Source: Octopus sinensis
Lineage: Eukaryota
Reading direction: 5' to 3'
DNA: 64,000 nt
NCBI RefSeq assembly: GCF_006345805.1
Contig: NC_043020.1
Location: 6,386,001 to 6,450,000, forward strand
The translations under genes were made by a program, and so were the position numbers. Shown one piece after another: positions 13,165 to 25,228 of this stretch (position 1 is the first letter of the stretch; each line of letters opens with the position of its first letter). The notes under the pieces are model-generated. The model had not been told where the DNA came from. It did no database searches and saw nothing but the letters and a program-made list of their open reading frames with translations.

Positions 13165-13455
13165 TTTAAACATTAGATGGCTATGAAGGTCTGTCCGAGT
13201 AAAACAGGTATCAAAAGAGTCCACAGGGAAAAAAAGGGTCGACGACTTGACCAAGCAACCCCACTAAACTTGCTTGGTGAGGAGGGAGACTTTTTGAACA
13301 CCCACCCTGTGGGATGAGAAACAAAACCTGTGAAAGGGCAGAGCAACTGAGCATGGTCAATGGCCATCTAGTATAGTCAAGAGTAGATGGTGGCTCACCA
13401 GTTGTAGTGAGACAATCCATCTAGGAGAAGGAAATCTCTGAAATAGAAACCGTTC
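13165..13455 (+). mobile_element. Possible 5' UTR fragment of an RTE LINE
   Basis: CAATCCATCTAGGAGAAGGAAATCTCTGAAATAGAAACC resembles the conserved RTE 5' UTR motif (from memory). Confidence 0.4.
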
Positions 13456-14263
13456 AGCAAGGACTTGCAACCAGCCAATGCTGTTTTGCACAGGAAAAAT
13501 TATACCATGAAAATGCTATAGTTTCGTCTATGGACAACTGATAATAAAAAACATATTACTGGTACCGCTTTATATAAAGGGGTAAAGACCCCTTTGGTCA
13601 TAAATGACCATGGGATTGCACCTAGAAAGTTTCCCCTCTGAGGCACAACTCCAGGTAAGGTTGTTTATGGAAGACCAGTAGTCGCCCATGCATACCAGCC
13701 TCCCCTCTCCACGCCACCAGTGTTATCCAAGGGAAAGGCAAAGGGGCCGATACAGCTTGGCACCAGTGATGTTGCAACCCATCTCTACAGCTGAGGAGCT
13801 GGAGCAATGTTGAATAAATAGTCTTGCTCAAGCCCAGTCCAGGAACTAAACTCACTGCCTCATGATTGTGAGTCAGACGCTTTAACCACGGAGCCATGCA
13901 TCTTCACCACTTTAAATGCAACGCCTCATACAAGGCTCTTCACTCTGTTGTTAAGAAAGCACAACTGTCACTCACAAAAGAATGTGTTTTGGTAGAGGTG
14001 TTGGTTTGTTTATGTCCCTATGAACTAGCAGTTCAGCACAAGAGACTGACACAGTACTGAACTTGAAAATAATAAGAAATACATGCCAGTGGTACATAAA
14101 AAGCACCATTTGAGCCTGGTCGTTGCCAGTGCCACCTGACTGGCACGTAAAAAGCACCATTCGAGTGTGTTCGACTGGCCCTTGTGCCGGTGGCACATAA
14201 AAAGCACTCACTACACTCTCAGAGTGGTTGGCATTAGGAAGGGCATCCAGCTGTAGAAACTTT

Positions 14264-14496
14264 ATGGTGGCGAGCTGGCAGAAACGTTAGCACGCAGGGC
14301 GAAATGCGTAGCCGTATTTTGTCTGCCATTACGTTCTGAGTTCAAATCCCGCTGAGGTCAACTTTGCCTTTCATCCTTTCAAGGTCGATAAATTAAGTAC
14401 CAGTTACGAACTGGGGCCCATGTAATCGACTTAATCCGTTTGTCTGCCCTTGTTTGTCTCCTCTATGTTTAGCCCCTTGTGGGTAGTAAAGAAATA
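14264..14496 (+). mobile_element. tRNA-derived SINE family B, representative (inserted in a family C element)
   Basis: TGGCAGAAACGTTAG A-box, GAGTTCAAAT B-box and 12-bp TSD TGTAGAAA(C/G)TTT. Other copies at ~7500-7740(-), 11305-11540(-), 53515-53760(-), 56232-56465(+) and 57768-57915(+). Confidence 0.9.
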
Positions 14497-14854
14497 TGTA
14501 GAAAGTTTGCCAGATCGGATTGGAGTCTGGTGCAGCCTTCTGGCTTGCCACTCCTCAGTCAAACCCTCCAACCCATGCCAGCATAGAAAGCAGACGTTAA
14601 ATGACAACAATGATGATGATGGGGTTGATTTGTTGGACTAAAATTCTTCAAGCCGATGCTCCAACATGGCCACATTCTAATGACTGAGACATGACAAAAA
14701 AGATAATCTTGTTGACAGATGGTATTACTGGTACCTCTCTATAAACAAGGCATTGCACCATTAAAAAAAAATGGTGGAGGTCCTGGTTTATGTTCCCGTA
14801 ACTTAGCAGTTCAGCACAAGACGATACAGTAAATACCAGGCTTAAAAATATAAA

Positions 14855-15510
14855 AACCTATTTCTTTACTACCCACAAGGGGCTTAAACACAGAGGGGAC
14901 AAACAAGGACAGACAAACGGATTAAGTCGATTACATTGACTCCAGTGCATAACTGGTACTTATTTAATCGACCACGAAAGGATGAAAGGCAAAGTTGACC
15001 TCGGCGGAATTTGAATTCAGAACGTAAAGACAGACGAAATACCTATTTCTTTACTACCCACAAGGGGCTAAACATAAAGGGGACAAACAGTGTGTAACTG
15101 GTACTTAATTTATCGACCCCGAAAGGTTGAAAGGCAAAGTTGACCTCTGCGGAATTTGAACTCAGAACATAGCGGCAGACGAAAAAACCTATTTCTTTAC
15201 TACCCACAAGTGGCTAAACACAGAGAGGACAAACAAGGACAGACAAACAGATTAAGTCAATTACATCGACCCCAGTGTGTAACTGGTACTTATTGTATTT
15301 ATTTCTTTACTACCCACAAGGGGCTAAACACAGAGAGGACAGACAAATGGATTAAGTCGATTACATCGACCCCAGTGCGTAACTGGTACTTAATTTATCG
15401 ACCCCGAAAGGATGAAAGGCAAAGTCGACCTCGGTGGAATTTGAACTCAGAACGTAACGGCAGACGAAATACTGCTAAGCATTTCGCCCGGCATGCTAAC
15501 GATTCTGGGG
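14855..15510 (-). mobile_element. Head-to-tail multimer of SINE family B
   Basis: Repeated ~190-bp unit with an AAAGAAATAG|GTATTTCGTCTG junction, some units partial. Confidence 0.85.
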
Positions 15511-16789
15511 GTCAATTTGTTTGACTAAACATTCTTCAAAGTGGTGCCCCAGCATGGCCGCTGTCCAATGACTGAAACCAGTAAAAGATAAAAGATGCAA
15601 GATGAGTCAGCATCTGTGCTAAAAACAATGAGTCTTTTCCTGCATCTAATGATGTCCTGCTCAACCCACTTGAGGTCCTCCGGTTACAACTGCTGCTGTC
15701 GATGCTGCTGTTGAACTACTTCAGTTTCAAGGAGGAGGAGAAGGAGAAGAAGAAGAAGAACCACTGCTGCCACCACCACCACCATCACTAAACCTAAACA
15801 GGATCAACTTGAAGTCATTAAGGTGCCTTTAAGGCAGCAAGATGGCAGAATCGTTAGCACACCGGGCAAAATGCTTAACAGTATTTTGTCTGCCGTCACG
15901 TTCTGAGTTCAAATTCTGCCGAGGTTGACTTTGCCTTTCATCCTTTCAGGGTCGATTAAATAAGTACCAGTTACGCACTGTGGTTGATGTCATCAACTTA
16001 ATCCCTTTCGCGAAGTCGCCCTTGTGGCAAAAATTTGAAATCATTATTATTAAGGCAAGCAGCCTTAATAATAATAATAATAATAATAAAGGTTGATAGC
16101 AGGAAAGGCACCCAACTGTAGACAATCCACCTCAAATTCCATCTGACCCCTGCAAGCATGGAAAAGGGGATGTTAAAACAAGGATGACATTAATTGTAAC
16201 AGTTTGCACTGTTAATAAACCATTCCTGCTAGTTGTGAAGCATCATCATCATCAACATCCATTTTCCATGCTGGCATGGGTTGGACAGTTCGGCAAGAAC
16301 TGGCCAGCTGGAGTGTTGCCTGGACCCCAACTATCTGTTTTGGCATGGTTTCTACAGCTGGATGCCCTTCCTAATGTCAACCCCTTTTACAGACTTTACT
16401 GGGTGCTTTTATGCGACGCCAGCTCTGGCACTTTTGCGTGGCACACTTTTATGAATAGTAAATCCTTAGGTCTTTTATTCTTTCACTTGTTTCAGTTATT
16501 AGAATGTGGCCATACTGCAGCACTGCCTTGAAGGGATTTTAGTCAAACAAATCAACCCCACTCTCTTACTCTTTTACTCTTTTACTTGTTTCAGTCATTT
16601 GACTGCGGCCATGCTGGAGCACCGCCTTTAGTCGAGCAAATCGACCCCGGGACTTATTCTTTGTAAGCCCAGTACTTATTCTATCGGTCTCTTTTGCCGA
16701 ACCGCTAAGTGACGGGGACGTAAACACACTAGCATCGGTTGTCAAGCAATGCTAGGGGGACAAACACAGACACACAAACACATACACAC

Positions 16790-16830
<41 letters not shown>

Positions 16831-16832
<2 letters not shown>

Positions 16833-17732
16833 ACAGGCTTCTTTCAGTTTCCGTCTACCAAATCCACTCACAAGGCATTGGTCGGCCTTGTTTTTTCTTT
16901 TAAAAGCCTGGTACTTATTCAATCAATCACTTTTGCTGAACTGCTAAGTTACAGGGATGTAGACACACCAACACCAGATCTTAAGCAGTGGTGGGACACA
17001 CGTATCATCATCATCATTGTTCGACCGTGGTAGAGACAATGGAATTTACCATGCTATGCCAGACTTCACGGTCCATTATAGCGTTACGGAGGTCCTGTTG
17101 CTGGATGCCTGTATCCCTGGAGATTACATCAGGGTAGGGGAGTGTGCACCCTCTGGTATTGCGAGCAGATGGTTTCCAGAGGAGAAGAGTAGAAATTACT
17201 TCGTTTTCACACGTATACATACGACAGGATTCTTTCAGTTTCCCTCTACCAAATCCACTAAAAAATGCTTTGGTCAGCACAAGGCTATAGAAGAAGACAC
17301 TTGCCCAAGGTGCCACGCAGTGGGACTGAACCTGGAACCATGAGGTAGGGAAGCAGGCTGTTTACCACACAGCCACGCCCATGCCTTATTGCAAAAACAT
17401 CTCTGCTTTCAGACATTTAGGCAACGTACAGAGATGATTTTGAAGAATTTGGTAGAAATGATTCTATTTTGTTTACTTCTGACTTCAACCGCTCCACCTC
17501 CTCCCCCTTCTCCTCAGTTTGACATTCTTTGAATAATTGGAATTTGTTCATTACTGGAATGGGTTGATGAAGTTGATAACATCAAGAACACACATACACG
17601 CACACACACATATACATACATTACATACACACACATATACATATACACACACATATATGTATACACACACATTTATATATCTACACATACACACACATAT
17701 ATATATACACACACACTATATGTATATATAAT

Positions 17733-17764
<32 letters not shown>

Positions 17765-18745
17765 CATATATACATACATACATACACATAAACATATATA
17801 TATATACAACAGGCTTCTTTCAGTTTCCGTCTACCAAATCCACTCACAAGGCATTGGTCGGCCTTGTTTTTTCTTTTAAAAGCCTGGTACTTATTCAATC
17901 AATCACTTTTGCTGAACTGCTAAGTTACAGGGATGTAGACACACCAACACCAGATCTTAAGCAGTGGTGGGACACACGTATCATCATCATCATTGTTCGA
18001 CCGTGGTAGAGACAATGGAATTTACCATGCTATGCCAGACTTCACGGTCCATTATAGCGTTACGGAGGTCCTGTTGCTGGATGCCTGTATCCCTGGAGAT
18101 TACATCAGGGTAGGGGAGTGTGCACCCTCTGGTATTGCGAGCAGATGGTTTCCAGAGGAGAAGAGTAGAAATTACTTAGTTTTCACACGTATACATACGA
18201 CAGGATTCTTTCAGTTTCCCTCTACCAAATCCACTAAAAAATGCTTTGGTCAGCACAAGGCTATAGAAGAAGACACTTGCCCAAGGTGCCACGCAGTGGG
18301 ACTGAACCTGGAACCATGAGGTAGGGAAGCAGGCTGTTTACCACACAGCCACGCCCATGCCTTATTGCAAAAACATCTCTGCTTTCAGACATTTAGGCAA
18401 CGTACAGAGATGATTTTGAAGAATTTGGTAGAAATGATTCTATTTTGTTTACTTCTGACTTCAACCGCTCCACCTCCTCCCCCTTCTCCTCAGTTTGACA
18501 TTCTTTGAATAATTGGAATTTGTTCATTACTGGAATGGGTTGATGAAGTTGATAACATCAAGAACACACATACACGCACACACACATATACATACATTAC
18601 ATACACACACATATACATATACACACACATATATGTATACACACACATTTATATATCTACACATACACACACACTATATGTATATATAATTATATATATA
18701 TACATATATATATATACATATATACATACATACATACACATAAAC

Positions 18746-18760
<15 letters not shown>
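16831..18760. repeat. Near-identical 976-bp tandem duplication
   Basis: 16831 onward matches 17807 onward, and the ORFs at 17017 and 17993 are offset by 976 and differ by one residue. Breakpoints lie in (TA)/(CA) microsatellites. Confidence 0.95.
17006..17207 (-). mobile_element. Shorter 3' fragment of the same RTE (duplicated at ~17982-18183)
   Basis: Homologous to 19425 onward, with 9-bp TSD CACACGTAT at 16997-17005 and 17208-17216. Confidence 0.85.
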
Positions 18761-18794
<34 letters not shown>

Positions 18795-18881
18795 CACACA
18801 CATCTCTCTCTCTCTATATATATATATATATACATACATGCATACATACATACATATATATATATACACACACATATATAT

Positions 18882-18912
<31 letters not shown>

Positions 18913-19424
18913 CATACACACATTATAGATCTATACACCCACACACACACATATTCCAACCTTGGTTCTTATAATGCAAACTTCCTGTTTTTAAGTGATT
19001 TAAAATTAAAAACTTCCATCAAAATTCCGTGAGAATTTATATTCCAAAAAAAACCAAATGAATAATGAGAAAATTATTTTATTGAATTCTTCGTTATTTT
19101 CAAGAATTAATTGAAACAAAATCAGTGTCTTTCAACAGGAATATGGTGACAAAAGGGTTAAAACCAAATACCTTGATAGCCAAGGACACAGAATCGGAAC
19201 TTACTCTTTACTCTCTTTTACTTGTTTCAGTCATTTGACTGCGGCCATGCTGGAGCACCGCCTTTAGTCAAGCAAATCAACCCCGAGACTTATTCTTTAT
19301 AAGCCCAGTACTTATTCTATCGGTCTCTTTTTGCCGAACCGCTAAGTGACGGGGACGTAAACACACCAGCATCGGTTGTCAAGCAATGCTAGGGGTCAAA
19401 CACAAACACACAAACACACACACA

Positions 19425-19790
19425 TCATCATCATCATTGTTCGACCGTGGTCAAGACAATGGAATTTACCATGCTACGCCAGACTTCACGGAACATCATG
19501 GCATTACGGAGGTCCTGTTGCTGGATGCCTGTATCCCTGGAGATTACATCAGAGTAGGAGAGTGTGCGCCCTCTGGTATTGCGAGTAGATGGCTTCCAGA
19601 GGAGAAGAGTAGAAATTACTTCTTTTTCAGCTCTATAACAATGTCCAGCAAACTGGACTCTCCTACCTTTCAAAAGAGATGACACAGGTGGTAGTTTCCC
19701 ATATATTTCCATTTTGGTTGGATGGCGCTTCCACGAGAGATTTTGAGCTCTCATAAGGAGGCGAGTGTAGGTTCCATCCAGCCGCCTCTC
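19425..19790 (-). mobile_element. 3' fragment of an RTE-clade LINE inserted in a SINE
   Basis: IYGKLPPVSSLLKGRRVQFAGHCYRAEKE...W resembles the RTE ORF2 C-terminus, followed by a (TGA)n tail. Confidence 0.8.
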
Positions 19791-21275
19791 AACACACACA
19801 CACATATATATATACATATATACGACAGGCTTCTTTCAGTTTCCGTCTACCAAATTCACTCACAAGGCATTGGTCGGCCCAGGGCTATAGCAGAAGACAC
19901 TTGCCCAAGTTGCCACGCAGTGGGACTGAACCTGGAACCATGTGGTTGGTTAGCAAGCTACTTACCACACAGCCACTCCTGCACCTATAGACTTCTGTAT
20001 ATGGAACGCTTCACGAATTTGCGTGTCATCCTTGCGCATCCTTGTGACAATATCTAAACAGAAGGCGGCAAGGTGGCAGAATCATTAGCATGCTGGACGA
20101 AATGTTTAGTAGCGTTTTATCTGTCTTTATATTCTGAGTTCAAATTGTGCTGGGGTCAACTTTGTTTTTCATCCTTTCGGGGCTGATAAAATAAGTACCA
20201 GTTAAACGCTAGGGTCGATTTAACTGACTTGCCCCATCCCCTTGCCAAACCAATATTAAACCAGACAGCTTTTAAGGACAACCACTAAAAATTTCATATA
20301 TAAATAGGCGCAGGAGTGGCTGTGTGGTAAGTAGCTTGCTTACCAACCACATGGTTCCGGGTTCAGTCCCACTCCATGGTACCTTGGGCGAGTGTCTTCT
20401 ACTGTAGCCTTGGGCCAACCAAAGCATTGTGAGTGGATGTGGTAGACAGAAACTGAAAGAAGCCCGTCATATATATGTATGTGTGTGTGTGTATTTGTGT
20501 CTGTGTTTGTCCCCCTCCCCCACCATCACTTGACAACTGATGTTGGTTTGTTTATGTCCCCGTAGCTTAACGGTTCGGCATAAGAGACCGATATAGAATA
20601 AGTACAAGGCTCACAAAGAATAAGTCCCAGTCTCAATTTGGTTCGACTTAAGGCAGTGCTCCAGCATGGCCACAATCAAATGACTAAAACAAGTAAAAGA
20701 AGAAAAGAATATATACATATGCATGACTTGGTTGGCCCAAACTTCGAAGTCCCTGTCAACAACGTCCTTGTTTAAGAATAGTAAATTTGTACTCTACAGA
20801 AGTGTAGAGGAACCAATCAGATTGATGTGAAATTGTCTTTATTATAATTGAACATAAAAACAAACATTAATACACACACACACATACATTACAACAGGCT
20901 TTGCACAGTCTCCATCAAAGAAATTCACCCACAGGACAACTGAATGTCAATGGTGTGAGTGAAAATTGCAAAATCAACAGCAATGAATGTCACTGGTCAA
21001 AAGAGTGGAATCTTGCAAAGGTCAAACGTGATTTCTTTGACCATTTTTTCAAGACAAAAAAAAAAACAATAAAAATTTTTTTTAACCCTTTAGTGTTTAA
21101 ACCGGCCATACCAGGCCAAAATCGTCTTCCTGTTATATGCTCAAATCAGCCAGCTCTGACCTCTCACACCTACCCTACAAAGTCATTCTAAAAATAAACA
21201 GGGACATCATCCAAACCTCAGAGTTACAAGAAGCTGTATAATTAATTTTAAAAAAACAATAAAAAATTTTTTTAA

Positions 21276-21842
21276 CCCTTTAGTGTTTAAACCAGGCCAA
21301 AATTGTCTTCCTGTTTTATGCTCAAATCAGCCAGCTCAGACCTCTCACACCTACCCTACAAAGTCATTCTAAAAATAAACAGGGACATCATCCAAACCTC
21401 AGAGTTACAAGAAGCTGTACAATTAATTTAAAACAATGTGAATAAACAGGCTTTACATTTGACAGTGAAGGCGCATGGCTCAGTGGTTAGAGCGTCGAGC
21501 TTACGATCGTGAGGTTGTGAGCTCGAATCTCGGACTGGGCTGTGTGCTGTGTTCTTGAGCAAGACACTTTATTTCACGTTGCTCCAGTTCACTCAGCTGT
21601 AGAAATGAGTTACAAAGTCACTGGTGCCAAGCTGTATCGGCCCCTTTGCCTTTCCCTTGGATAACACTGGTGGCGTGGAGAGGGGAGGCCAGTATGCATG
21701 GGCGACTGCTGGTCTTCCACAAACAACCTTGCCCAGACTTGTGACTAGGAGGGTAATTTTCTAGTTGCAATCCCATGGTCAGTGTCGTGACCGAAGGGGG
21801 TCCCGACCCAACATTTGACAGAGTAATCTGAATGCTAAAGGG
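21276..21842. mobile_element. Same TTAA-MITE family in reverse orientation, interrupted by a SINE and preceded by a partial duplicate starting at 21086
   Basis: TTAA|CCCTTTAGTGTT...AATGCTAAAGGG|TTAA; the SINE is flanked by ACATTTGACAG. Confidence 0.85.
21466..21810 (+). mobile_element. tRNA-derived SINE family E
   Basis: TGGCTCAGTGGTTAGAGC...TCGAATC head and 11-bp TSD ACATTTGACAG (21455-21465 and 21811-21821). Copies at ~13580-13910(-) and 27255-27580(-); variants at ~2830-3140(-) and 35767-36012(+). Confidence 0.9.
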
Positions 21843-21901
21843 TTAAAAAACAATAAAAAAAATTTTTTTTTAAAAAAAGGGAAAAATACTAAAGTGCTTA
21901 C

Positions 21902-22868
21902 CTTTTCTTCGACCACCAGAGCTAACTGTTGCTCAAGCGTCTCCCAGTCCATTTTTGGCAAAGTATCCTCAATGTCATATATTTCACAATCTTGAGCGCC
22001 AGTGGAATCAGTCTTTACTTCACCGTTTTTCTTTTGCTTATTTTCCCATGATGCAAAATTCGGTTTGCCATGTTTTGAGTTTGCCACAACATCAACGTCC
22101 AGGTTATTCATCTCATTGAAATTAGGTTTATACGAGTTGGCAGCAGAATCGGTTTTATAAAGACGGCCGCCGCCCTGCAAACCTTCTGTGTCGCAGCAGT
22201 CGACGTTGTCGAGTTCGTTTGAATTTTCATCCCTCACAAAATCGTAAGAGTCTGTTGGTGTTTCTGCCAAATCGGCCGGAGAGGTCATAGTGGATTCGGT
22301 GAAGGAGCTTTCTTCGCTCATCGGGCTGTAGTCAGAGAAATCAGTCTTATGGAGATCAAACGGCAGAACATCAGCATCGATTTTCTTCAGCTCGGCGAAT
22401 TCTTGAGCCAAACTCAGAAAGTTCACCTTCTTCACTCTTTTGTGGAATTCTTCGTCAGTTTCATCAGGATTTTGTTGCAGAGTCTCAGACCTCGTACTGA
22501 AGCTGTTACATTTCTCGCTAATAATGGTTTCCTCTAAATCACTGGAATTAAAGATCTCTATTTCGTTGTCGGCAAGATCTCGGAGCGGCCCAACGACTTC
22601 AGAATAATCAGATGACACAGACTCACACTCGGCATCTCTGATACGCCTGAACTGGGAGCCTCTGTCCGAGAGGTGGAGGCACGACAAGTCATACTTCAGG
22701 TCTGTAGGTTTGGTGAGGTCAGACAGTTGTTGCAGGTCTTCTTCGTCGAATGCGCCGTCGCAATTGGCAGAAACGATTCTTGGGAAATCTTCCGAAGTGA
22801 TGTTGTTGTTGTAGGAATTCCTCTTCAGTTGTTGGAATCCGGAATTTGAGTCCCACAAGTCGTTATCA
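21902..22868 (-). CDS. SCHIP1: Large coding exon (967 nt) of a SCHIP1-like gene; acidic/Ser-rich N-terminal region ending ...LPKMDWETLEQQLALVVEEK
   Basis: Only long non-repetitive ORF (track 21779-22891). Acceptor ttttccgtattttcag|T at 22869/22868 and donor AAG|gtaagc at 21902/21901. 967 nt = 1 + 322 codons, ending in phase 0. MDWExLExxLA resembles human SCHIP1 PPMDWEALEKHLA (from memory, not aligned). Confidence 0.8.
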
Positions 22869-23353
22869 CTGAAAATACGGAAAAAATTCAAATGAATTAT
22901 TTATCAATACATGTGTGGTGTGTGTGTGTGTGTGAGTTGTATTTTGTGTGTGTGTGTGTGTGTGCAAGTGTAATGTTTGCATGTGTGTGTGTGTGCAAGT
23001 GTATTGCATGTATGTGTTAGTGTGTATTGTGTGTAGTGTGTGTGTGTGCAAGTGCATTGTGTGTAGTGTGTGTGTGTGTGCAAGTGTATTGTGTGTGTGT
23101 GTGTGCAAGTGTATTGTGTGTAGTGTGTGTGCAAGTGTATTGTGTGTAGTGTGTGTGTGAGTGTGTGTATTGTGTATGTGTGTGTGAGTTGTATTTTGTG
23201 TGTGTGTGTGTGCAAGTGTAACGTTTGTGTTACTGTGTATTGTGTGTGTGTGTGCAAGTGTATCGTGTGTAGTGTGTGTGTGTGCGCACGCAAGTGTATT
23301 GTATGTATGTGTTAGTGTGCATTGTGTGTGGTGTGCGTGTATTTAGCCTAAAT

Positions 23354-23543
23354 CAGTGTTTCACAACCTTTCTCCACTTTCAGTACACTTTTATTCTTTC
23401 CAAAATCCAGCAACACACCTGAACTAAAAATATAACTGAAAATATGAGGGGGAAAAAAAATTATGTTCAGGTTACACTGTGGCACACCTAGCATTGTCTC
23501 ATGGCACACCAGTGTGCCATGTCATGCCAATGAGGGAGCACTG
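23354..23543. mobile_element. hAT-type MITE
   Basis: CAGTG...CACTG termini and 8-bp TSD GCCTAAAT; a related reverse fragment lies at ~51844-51930. Confidence 0.85.
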
Positions 23544-23643
23544 GCCTAAATGACACGAAAATCCTTGCATCGGACATTCTCATATGCCATACCTGTAGTA
23601 AGACATGCAAGTCCTGCACTGGTCTAAAAAGAAGGCCTTTTAA

Positions 23644-25228
23644 ATATCTGTAAATCAGACAAGACAAACATCATGGTGCCACACGAGGCGAGACTTATTT
23701 GCACTGATTGTAATATCTGTAAATCAGACAAGACAAACATCATGGTGCCACACGAGGCGAGACTTATTTGCACTGATTGTAATATCTGTAAATCAGACAA
23801 GACAACATCATGGTGCCACACGAGGCGAGACTTATTTGCACTGATTGTAATATCTGTAAATCAGACAAGACAAACATCATGGTGCCACACGAGGCGAGAC
23901 TTATTTGCACTGATTGTAATATCTGTAAATCAGACAAGACAAACATCATGGTGCCACACGAGGCGAGACTTATTTGCACTGATTGTAATATCTGTAAATC
24001 AGACAAGACAAACATCATGTGCCACACGAGGCGAGACTTATTTGCACTGATTGTAATATCTGTAAATCAGACAAGACAACATCATGGTGCCACACGAGGC
24101 GAGACTTATTTGCACTGATTGTAATATCTGTAAATCAGACAAGACAAACATCATGGTTCCACACGAGGCGAGACTTATTTGCACTGATTGTAATATCTGT
24201 AAATCAGACAAGACAAACATCATGGTGCCACACGAGAGACTTATTTGCACTGATTGTAATATCTGTAAATCAGACAAGACAAACATCATGGTTCCACACG
24301 AGGCGAGACTTATTTGCACTGATTGTAATATCTGTAAATCAGACAAGACAACATCATGGTGCCACACGAGCGAGACTTATTTGCACTGATTGTAATATCT
24401 GTAAATCAGACAAGACAAACATCATGGTGCCACACGAGGCGAGAGACTTATTTGCACTGATTGTAATATCTGTAAATCAGACAAGACAAACATCATGGTG
24501 CCACACGAGGCGAGACTTATTTGCACTGATTGTAATATCTGTAAATCAGACAAGACAAACATCATGGTGCCACACGAGGCGAGAGACTTATTTGCACTGA
24601 TTGTAATATCTGTAAATCAGACAAGACAAACATCATGGTGCCACACGAGGCGAGAGACTTATTTGCACTGATTGTAATATCTGTAAATCAGACAAGACAA
24701 ACATCATGGTGCCACACGAGGCGAGACTTATTTGCACTGATTGTAATATCTGTAAATCAGACAAGACAAACATCATGGTGCCACACGAGGCGGAGACTTA
24801 TTTGCACTGATTGTAATATCTGTAAATCAGACAAGACAAACATCATGGTGCCACACGAGGCGAGACTTATTTGCATGATTGTAATATCTGTAAATCAGAC
24901 AAGACAAACATCATGGTGCCACACGAGGCGAGACTTATTTGCACTGATTGTAATATCTGTAAATCAGACAAGACAAACATCATGGTTCCACACGAGGCGA
25001 GACTTATTTGCACTGATTGTAATATCTGTAAATCAGACAGACAAACATCATGGTGCCACACGAGGCGGAGACTTATTTGCACTGATTGTAATATCTGTAA
25101 ATCAGACAAGACAAACATCATGGTTCCACACGAGGCGAGACTTATTTGCACTGATTGTAATATCTGTAAATCAGACAAGACAAACATCATGGTGCCACAC
25201 GAGGCGAGACTTATTTGCACTGATTGTA
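23644..25228. repeat. 69-bp minisatellite, about 23 copies
   Basis: Unit ATATCTGTAAATCAGACAAGACAAACATCATGGTGCCACACGAGGCGAGACTTATTTGCACTGATTGTA repeated head-to-tail with no spacers. Confidence 0.97.

Noticed and set aside
11921-21545. tRNA genes suggested by A/B boxes at 11921 and 21466
   Set aside because: The tRNA-like heads continue into SINE bodies with tails or TSDs and lack a proper acceptor stem.
1-21900. Downstream SCHIP1 exons (expected xERExIRxKLA, SGMNLQICF)
   Set aside because: I inspected the unique islands on the minus strand and found no matching exon; they are presumed to lie left of the window.
23644-25228. CRISPR-like array or Cys-rich repeat protein
   Set aside because: Units are contiguous with no unique spacers, the context is a eukaryotic intron, frames break at indels, and there are no credible splice sites.
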